A stretch of 64,000 nucleotides of DNA from Octopus vulgaris (lineage: Eukaryota): the NCBI GenBank assembly GCA_951406725.2, contig OX597829.1:11036001-11100000 (forward strand), given 5' to 3'. Shown here piece by piece: positions 55,006 to 64,000 of this stretch. Numbering within the stretch: position 1 is the stretch's first letter; each line of letters opens with the position of its first letter. Both the position numbers and the translations under genes were made by a program. The notes below the pieces were generated by a model. It was not told the origin of the DNA. It saw only the letters and a list, made by a program, of their open reading frames with translations, and made no database searches.

Positions 55006-58000
55006 TTACCTGGTGCCAAACATACCGATCTTGTATGCCACAGGCTTCCATCTTTTCACAAACATATCTCGTGACAGACACCTCTTCTCCAGCCTGATTT
55101 TGCTACAGAGGTGGTAACTAAAAAAGTTAATCAACCCCTGGCCGGAGACAAAGGTGCCTGTCACTATACCTTTCGTACGCGTCTTCCATACTGTTTCTTT
55201 CAGTATGGCTACTACACAGAAAAAACAAGCCTTTCTTTCCCTGTTAAGGAAAGGGGGCAGCACAATCTCGATGATAGACTCAGCTGATAGCTGTACTCTT
55301 CCCATCACTGACAACAGTTGTTCAACAAAAGCTATCAGTCCCGATAACTCCGGACACTCCACGAATGCGTGCAAGACGGTCTCCCTATCCTGCTCACATC
55401 GCGGGCATGTCGGCGAGACGGCACTACCGTGCCTTGAAAGCTTGTCGCGAACAGGTAAAGCCGCACGGAAACACTGCCAGGCTAGGGATTTCTGGTAATT
55501 ATACAGATACCCCGGCCCGAACGTCCTCCGGAACAGGTTGACCAACTGATTTTCATCGTAGCCCAGGGTCTCCCCCAAGGCGTCTTCGGACTTAATCTCC
55601 ACTAACCCGCTATAGAAATCCGTGGTGGAACTCCTGTTGCCGGCGTTGCCCACCCGAGATAGTAGCTGGAGCGCCTGACGGCACTCCAAATGCCGTTCAC
55701 TCAGTTTAGGTCTCCGCTTGATCCATGCACCGATGTCCGTTAGGGATGTTAACTGGGGAAGGTAGAACCGGACGTGCGGCGACCACACCTGCTCTCCATC
55801 CAGGTAAATACAGAGGTGCCTCAACCTTAACGCGAGTTTTCGCATCCTCAGCCAAGGCATCCCTAGCCCACCCTTCAGCGGTTTCTGGCAGCAGACAGAG
55901 CGCTTTACAAGTGGCTTTCCTCCTTTCCACAAAAATCGGAAAAGGATTCTCTCCAACTTGTTCAGCCACAAATCGAGGCAAGGCACCACGGTCAGACGGT
56001 AGGTGATTACTGATGCTATAAACATCTGCACCACCTCCGCCTTCCCTAGCAGGGATAACGCCCGCCCAGACCAGGTCTGGGTTAGAGCGGTCACCTTGTT
56101 GGCCACCTCACTCCAATTTTTCTCAATCTGGATCTGGCCCGAACCAGACTCCGAGCAGCTTAACAGGACCTTCCGTCCAACGCCCTACGACGTTATTGGA
56201 CGGCATCGGCTTGCCCCTCCAGGTGCCGAGTTGCAAACCGACCGACTTGTCCTTGTTAACCTTTGCTCCTGCCACCGCCTCGTAGCTTTTGATGGCCTCT
56301 TCCACCACTGGAAGCTGGCCTTCGTCTGCCACGATGATGGAGGTGTCATCCGCATACGCCGTAGCTCCTCTTCCACACCATAGATCATGCGGCGCGCCCC
56401 CTAGTGCCTCCAACTTCCGCAGCAAAGGCTCAAGAGCCAATACGTATAGGAGCGAGGACAGGGGACACCTTTGACGAACTGAACGCTCGATCCTGAACGG
56501 CTTCGAAAAGGAACCGTTCACCTTGACTACAGACTCGATGTCGCTATAAAAGCAGCGATCCAACCTCGAAAGGTCGGGCCTAGGCCAGCCTCTCCGAGGA
56601 CCGCCGCCAGGTACCGATGGTCGACCCTATCATATGCTTTGGACTGGTCTAAATGTACCAGTGCTCCCCCTGCGCCAGAAAGCTTCCTCACCCTCTCTAA
56701 GGAGTAGTGTATAAGGTGGAGATTGTCGTGGATCGTTCTGCCGGGGATAGCGCACGTTTGCGCTTCCCCGACAAGTTTGTCCACGACCCGCGCCAACCTT
56801 TTTGCTAGCACCTTGGCCAGAATCTTTAACTCTGTGTTTAACAGAGTTATGGGCCTGAAGTTCCCTATCTCGTCCCCCTTGTTCGGGTCCTTCCTGATCA
56901 ACGTCACCGCCCCCCGGCTCGCAGACTTGGAAATCCTCCCATTCTGCTGCCAGTTGGCGTAGACGCTAGCCAGCAGGTGCCCGAACAAGTCTGGCATACT
57001 TCTATAAAATTCATAGGGCAGACCATCGAGACCCGGCGACTTCTCCCCGGGGCACTTGCCCAACACCTCGATTACTTCCTCGGCTGTGATTGGCCCTTCA
57101 CAGCACTCAGCCTCTCGTGTCGAGAGGCGCGGGCCACCAGACAGGAAGTCCCTAAGGGCCTCACTTTGATCCAGCGTCCCGCACCTCCCGAACAACTCGG
57201 CGAAGTGCTTGTGAAGTGCCTCACACATCTCGTCCCGCTTCTTGATCGTGCATCCGTTTTCATCAACAAGAGACCCAATTGTGGCATCGTTTCCACGCTG
57301 TGTTTCTATCGTACGGGCCCATCCGGCAACATTAATTCCCTCACGGCCCAATGCTCGTACTTTAGCCCGGACTCTACATCCCTCATGTTTGGTTTTGAGG
57401 TGACGGTCTAATGCCGTTCTCGCCGCTAAAATGTGAGATGCAGAGCCCAACCTCAACGCCTCCTCTAAGTTCTTAACTAGTTGCCCTTCTATTCTAGCCC
57501 TATCTAGTCTTAGTTGTTTACTAAATCTAATGGACTCGAATCGAATGGCTCTTTTGAGGGTGAACCACCACCGGTTATTAACCACGGCTCCGGTTAACGC
57601 CCTCTGCACTAACACCTTAATCCGGCTACGGTATGCCTCGCGTGTCAAAATAGACTTGTTCAGCTTCCAGTAGCCGGTTCCTATCTTAAGTGTGCTATCT
57701 ATGTCCAGTCTACACGTGACCATTCTATGGTCAGTATAGGGCGCCTGGACGAGCTGTGGACAACTAAAACTAGACTTATCTCTAGTTCTTATCACTATCC
57801 TGTCTAGATAAGACTTGAACCTTCCGTCGCCACTCATCCAGGTCCACTCTGGGACGTTCGGATGGTCAAGTCTGTAATGATCTGCTAGCTGAAACCGCTT
57901 AAGCAGATCCACGAGACGTGAGTTCACTTTCCTATAGATCGAGCCAACGCTATCGATGTGTACGTCAACGATAGCATTAAAGTCCCCTAATATCACTAAA

Positions 58001-58404
58001 GTCTTCGACGTCACGAGAAAGCCCTCTAGGCGCCGATAAAAATCAGTTTGGAAACCTCTAGCACAAGGTGCATAGAGTCCGATCAACCTGAAGGCCTTAC
58101 TGCTGTATGTCACATCAAGGACGACCAGCCCACCTTCTGGGTCTACATAGACTGTACTTGTCTGTAGAGCCAAGTCTTTACGGATCAGTACCACTACGCC
58201 CCCTCGCCCTCCGGTCTGGCCAGGAGACATGATTTTCTCGTAGCCATTCAGGAGAGGCGAGAAGGTTTGTAGGCTGTCCAGCTTGGTCTCTGTAGCAACC
58301 ATCACATGTATATCATGTGATCTGAGGTCGTCGAGGAAACAAGCCTGCTTCCACTTCGAACTCAGACCACGCACATTTAAACAACCAAGGTTAAGCGAAG
58401 CCAT
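55006..58404 (-). pseudogene. Tx1 ORF2 (apurinic endonuclease, reverse transcriptase, C-terminal zinc finger), two frameshifts (~56545, ~56115)
   Basis: LNVRGL, TETK, LGDFNA, SYLDRI, TDH, GYWKLN, KSPGLDGLP, NFRPITLLN, LDQSKAYDRVDH, RQRCPLS, YADD, GGLGMP, CPRC...ETVLHAFVEC. Confidence 0.95.
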
Positions 58405-58421
58405 TACAAAAAGTAAAAGTT

Positions 58422-59848
58422 CTACTTACATTTCGTTGGAGGGGTGGGGGCCGACCTCACCACACGTTTGTGGGCCCCTTCTTTCTCCTCTTTCTTCAGA
58501 TAGTCCGGCAAGTTCGCGATATGCCGGATGGCGTTTGGGTGTCTGTCTTTTAATTGTTTGAACGTTGTTTCCGCAATCCACGCGTGTCTATTTCGATCTT
58601 TGTATTTGTTGTACAGTCTTGCTGACTGATGCTGAACCACAATATCGTTTATGTATTTGTCTTGTGTGTCGAATTCAATTAATATGAGTTCATTTTCTTT
58701 TTTGTCTTCTTTTTCTGGGCCAGTTGAGCGGGATTTTTTTTTTCGTGTCTGTGGTGTGTCTTTGTTTTTATTATTTTTTGTAGGGGATGTGGACGGGGAT
58801 GCTGCACGAATTATTTTACGAACTGGTGTAAATCCCCCCTCTGATACCTTCATGGTATCGTCTGGGGTAGCAATAGTTTGTTCGGTAGGCGCCGCAGTTT
58901 TTAGGGGGTGGGAGGTTTTAATAGTGTAGGGGTTTGTGAGTGCGAGGGCTGGGTTTTTTCTTCAGTCTGTTTTGGGGTTGGCACCGTAACGGCAGGAGTG
59001 GGATTTTTTGTTTTTGTAGGGGTAGGTGTGTTTGCAAGGGTAGGGACTTTTTTATTATCTGAGGGGCCTGGTGTCTGCGGTTTCTTTTGCTTGTCTGGAC
59101 AGTCTACACGAATGTGGCCCTTTTTGCCGCAGGCGTAACAGGTGGGTTTTCGGCCTTCGACCTGTACCCTGAGGGCTACGTTCTCGCCCACGAGCACCCT
59201 CTCAGGAAGGAGCTGAAGGTCCTCCGCTGTTCCTTGAATTAATATATTAATGTTACGCCCGAGCCAAAATCGAGGGGTAGAGCATGTTACTTCTAGTATT
59301 TTTATTTTGTCCGCCCTTTTATATAGCAGGGCGGCCACTACCTCTACCGGATCTACTTCCGGCGGGGCTTCTACAATCCTGACCCGGGACGTCCTGCGTC
59401 CCCTATAGCTTGGGAAAAGTACCACCTCCTTGGTTTTTAGGGGGTTCCCAGAATGACCGCGGGCCATTTCTTCCCCTGAGAAGCGGACATCCACAGTGCC
59501 ATATGCCCGTCCCCTGGCGACGTACACGATGTCCTTCCAAATCGGGGACAGGCATTTCTCGATGGTGCTTTTTTCAAAGTGTTTGAACCTTCTGCTTTGT
59601 GGACAGAAAGTTTTAAACACTACGGTCCGCTTCTCGGTCTCCACGATACTGGCGGAGGGTGATATTTTAACATCACCACCCTCCTCTTGCATTCTTTTAA
59701 ATAGCTCGACGAGCTGGTTGACATCGATGTCAATGTTGTCGGTAGCCACTGCGGCTACCTCAGAAAATTTTTTAACATTGCTCTCCTCAAGAGCACTACT
59801 TTCGTGAATAATTTCAACAGACATTATTCTGTTGAAATTAGACAACAC
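58422..59848 (-). CDS. Tx1 ORF1 (RNA-binding, CCHC zinc knuckle), one frameshift near 58900
   Basis: CYACGKKGHIRVDC, then a Pro/Thr/Lys-rich tail continuing in ORF 58853-58422. Confidence 0.88.
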
Positions 59849-60252
59849 AAAAATTACGAGTATTGGTTTCCCACAAAACTGGGAAACCTATAGAAAGTTT
59901 TTCTTCCAAAGTAGTTCAAAAAAGCAGTTCAAAAATTCCAATTCCCACCCCCATTCGGGGGAGGGGCACGAAAATAGTCTGGCAGGACTATATATAGTCA
60001 CGTAAATAAAAAGCCACAGTGGCTAACAGTTCAACGGTAAGAAATTATTCAATTATTTCCCGGTAAAACCGGAGAACAAGACAGTTCAGCAACGTTTAAA
60101 GGCAAATTTTCAGTAGTAGGAATTCAACAATTAACAACACAGCAAAACTCTTACCGGGAAGAAAACGCGTCCACACCGTAGTACGGTAGGCAAAGTCACT
60201 CTTCTGTCAGTGAGGTTAGCAAAGCTACTTACCACACAGCCACTCCTGCGCC

Positions 60253-60309
<57 letters not shown>

Positions 60310-61628
60310 GCATATATATATATATGTGTGTGTGTGTATGTATGTTTATATATATGTGTGCGTATGTGTGTGTATACATATACATATATAAATACATATA
60401 TACATACAACATAGAACTATACATTTAGTTGATTCATTTCAAGTGTGGACGTGTACAACATTCCTATTTAATAGGTGATGATATTGAAATCTACACTTTT
60501 GACCATATCAATGAACTAAGTGACTCATAACGATTATCTCTAACTTACAAAACGCTAACTATAATAAATAATAATAAAAAATAAGTAAAAAAAAAAAAAG
60601 ATTTTACGCATAAGATCTTGACTAATGTTCTTCCGGATACGGACATGCATCTTTTCTTTGTGAAGATTCCTAAAAATCTATCCAGTTACGATGATTTCTC
60701 CTCTTCTTTGTTCTTCTTTTTCTTGTTCTTCTTCTTCTTGTTCTTCTTCGTTGTTAACCATAGGAATTGTAGATTATCACATGAATTTATTCATTCTATT
60801 GATTCAATAGGTGTTTACCCTCCTATCAAGTTAAATTTTCCTCCACTTTATTCCATTAAAGGCAGTACCTTGTCGAACTATTTCAAAGAAGAACCAACAA
60901 TAAACATTGACAGAGATTTCTGCAAATGAACTCTCATTTTGTTCAGTTTGATTCTCCTATTGATTTTGTCATTGATTTAGTATTGATTGTGGTTAAGGTT
61001 TTTGTGTTCTTAAAACCTTTCTTGTGTTCGACTTTCACAGACAAATCCTAAAGAATCCTATTATAAATGGCAGTCATACATTAAGTTGTATAGGTTTTCA
61101 TTCCTCAGTTACATGTATACTTACAACTTAGGCTTAATTTAAATCATTTCATAAAGAAACGGTAACACTTTATACCTAAATGGCCACTAACAGATGATTT
61201 TGTTCCTCTTCGACAATATATGTTGTTTCAATGTACTTCAACTTCGATTTTTCTATTTTATTTTTTATCTATTTTTTTATCCATTAACAACATATCGATG
61301 ACAAATATATATTTGGAAATCAAGTCGACATTAGTCTATACTCTATCTTTTGTTATAATATTAAAATAAATGTATAAAGAGAGGTGGGGAAAAGAGAAGG
61401 AAAAAGACAAAACAACAAAACGACAATACAGTCAGCAAATGTCGAGAAACAGCGAATGAATGAACTGTTATCAAAAGACTTAATAAAAAAAAATACTAAC
61501 TATGAAGGGAGAGAAAGGGGGAGAGGGAGAGAGGAACAGAGAATGCATAGATACACACGTGGGTAATTATATATATATACACACACACATATATATATAC
61601 ATATATATACATATATACATGTGTATTA

Positions 61629-61682
<54 letters not shown>

Positions 61683-61720
61683 TCCTCTGTGTGTAAATTA
61701 CCACGTGTAATTATATATAT

Positions 61721-61759
<39 letters not shown>

Positions 61760-62501
61760 TCATACGTATATGCATACATAAATATATACATACATACATA
61801 CACGTACATATATATATATTAACCAAAGAAAAATATTCCTGGTAATTAACTCCTGCACTAACATGGAAGAGTTGTGCAAAGCCTTTGTCTTATTCTTATA
61901 TAAACATACCTACAGACACACACGCACACACACATACACACACACATACACACACATACACACACACTCACACACAAGTCATTTACGTGCATACACTCAT
62001 ACACACATACACATAAAGTCTGTATAATTATTTATAAATGTGAATATCTTTATATGTTTGCGTGCGTCTATATATATATATATATATTCATTTATATATG
62101 TATGCATGTATGTATGTATGCATGTATGCATGTATGTATGTATGTATGTATGTATGTATGTATGTATGTATGTATGTATGTATGTATGTGTACGATTACT
62201 GGGGTCAGTTGTTTTTTTATACTTGATTTTTTTTTCACCTGACTGCCCAACTTGTTTCGTTTGGAATTATCAGCAGGTACCTAAAAAGAAATAGTTAATT
62301 AATGCTTTCATCACCATAAAGATAGATCTCCCAGTTTGAGAGATCAAAATCGATGTTATTACTTTCAACCCATCCACTAGTCAGCCATTTAAACACTCTT
62401 CCCTTCATCTTTTCCCTCTCTTTCTCTCTTCCTATTTCTCTGCACACCTCATTCTGTGTTTCTCTTTCTTCCTCTCTCTCTTTCTCTCATTCTCTCTCTC
62501 T

Positions 62502-62568
<67 letters not shown>

Positions 62569-62904
62569 ACTTGCCATTCCCATCACAAAACCTAAGTGTC
62601 AATATTCTGAAATAAACTGAAACTGCAATCTCTCTCCATTTAAGAGCTATATATATATTCTTGCACACGCACGCACGCACGCACGCACGCACACGCACAC
62701 ATACACATACGCGCACGCGCATCACAAACACGCACTCGCAGAGAGAAACATCCTTGTATCGCCTTATTACGATATATATGCGAACACACGTACTACATAT
62801 ATATGGAGACAAATATATGTGCGCGCGTGACAGTGTATGTGTCTGGGAATGTATGTGTGTCTATGCGTGCGTGTATGTGAGTGCGCGTGCGAGTGCGTTA
62901 GTGT

Positions 62905-63055
62905 AGGGCATGGAATTAGCGCAATCGCTAGAGCGTTGGATTAAATGCATTGTAGTATTTGCCTCGGTTCTCTGCACTGTAAGTTCAAATCCGTCCGAGG
63001 TCGCCTTTGCTTTTTATCCTTTCATGGTTGATAAATAGAGTGTCGGTCAAGTAAC
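62905..63055 (+). mobile_element. Degenerate SINE-B
   Basis: agttcaaatccgtccgaggtcgcctttgctttttatcctttcatggttgataaa. Confidence 0.6.
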
Positions 63056-63559
63056 GAGAACGTATTTTATGTCTCTCTCACTCTCTCTATCTATCTATCT
63101 CTATCTATCTTTCTCTCTCTCCCTCCCTCCTTCTCTCTCTTTTTTATATTTCTCTCTTTCTCTCAGTCTTTCTTTCTTACTCGCTTTCTCTCTCCACATG
63201 CGTGTGTGTTCGTGCGTGTGTTCGTGTGTGTGTGAGTATGTACGTATGCTCGTGTGTGTGTGTGTATGTTCGTGTGTCTGTATGTATGTTCGTGAGTGTG
63301 TGTTCGTGTGTGTGTGTGTGGGGTGGATTATATCTGTAATTCAAGCTCCATCTCTGTGACATTTTACCACTCTGATTCGGTCACTTAACATGTTAATTTC
63401 ACAAGTATAGACTCATTCGATCATACAAGCGGATGCTCGTCTTTGAAGCAGACGTAGAACCCCCCCACACACACACACACATACACACACATACATACAC
63501 ACATATATGTATATGAGAGCGTCTGTACCTATTGATAAAATATAAGTTGAATTATTATT

Positions 63560-63601
<42 letters not shown>

Positions 63602-63654
63602 ATTTATTATCCTCATCATCATTATTATTATCATCATCATCATCATCATGATTA

Positions 63655-64000
63655 TCCAATATCGTGATGTTGATTGAAGATATTGTGTGTACCCGGATTT
63701 TGTACCGTTTGCCAAGTCACAACAAGGACCTCAGACAGACACTACTTTACGCAATATGCATGCTGTTCCAAGTAATGCCGACTTTTGCATTACACCTAGA
63801 TTGTAGGATATTTCTAAAGTTTACAGATGTTTTTTTTTTTCAGGTTGTTGGTATTGAACCCAATGGCAGCAGAGACAAACTTTATGTTCAAATCCTGCAG
63901 CTGCCACATCTTAGCGATCTCAATTCTCAAATTTCTATATTTATCAACCTTTTCTCTTTCTTTCATTATAATATATTGATCCCCTGGCACTACCACGTCG
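63655..64000 (-). mobile_element. 3' end of another R4/Dong-like LINE (RLE domain) next to (TAA/CAA/ATC)n; runs off the window
   Basis: DVVVPGD...EREKVDKYRNLRIEIAKMW and QKSALLGTACILRKV. Confidence 0.8.

Larger units (their letters stand above)
54778..60213 (-). mobile_element. Full-length Tx1/L1-clade LINE (ORF1 zinc knuckle; ORF2 APE-RT-zf)
   Basis: Two ORFs, 16-17 bp TSD, 3' hairpin + AATAAA. Confidence 0.95.
54387..60253 (-). mobile_element. SINE-A copy interrupted in its head by the full-length Tx1 element
   Basis: Body 54387-54777, head 60214-60253; TSD ggttagcaa(a)gctactt. Confidence 0.93.

Noticed and set aside
55154-59807. Plus-strand ORFs overlapping the Tx1 element
   Set aside because: Antisense shadows of a GC-richer coding sequence, with no independent motifs.

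Overview
Eukaryotic, AT-rich, microsatellite-dense DNA made up almost entirely of transposable elements. The SINE and microsatellite repertoire suggests an octopus/cephalopod genome (inference). No convincing host gene was found. Contents: (1) a full-length Tx1/L1-clade LINE (54778-60213, -) and a 2-kb ORF1-only (HAL1-like) relative (35223-37251, +), both inserted with 15-17 bp TSDs at the same nucleotide of the same tRNA-derived SINE head and sharing a 3' hairpin; (2) two 3' fragments of another Tx1 family inside (GATA)n; (3) two R4/Dong-like RLE LINEs in (TAA)n plus a third fragment; (4) a very AT-rich Penelope-like element (RT + GIY-YIG) with a hammerhead ribozyme, a second GIY-YIG fragment and several short hammerhead-bearing repeats; (5) Tc1/mariner remnants, non-autonomous Helitrons, a hAT MITE, a 640-bp foldback and a CR1/L2-group LINE fragment; (6) at least four tRNA-derived SINE families, two with 3' tails matching LINEs in this window. 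Best candidate for an undescribed system: SINE-targeting Tx1 retrotransposons with an ORF1-only non-autonomous partner and Tx1-tailed SINEs. All alignments were made by eye.
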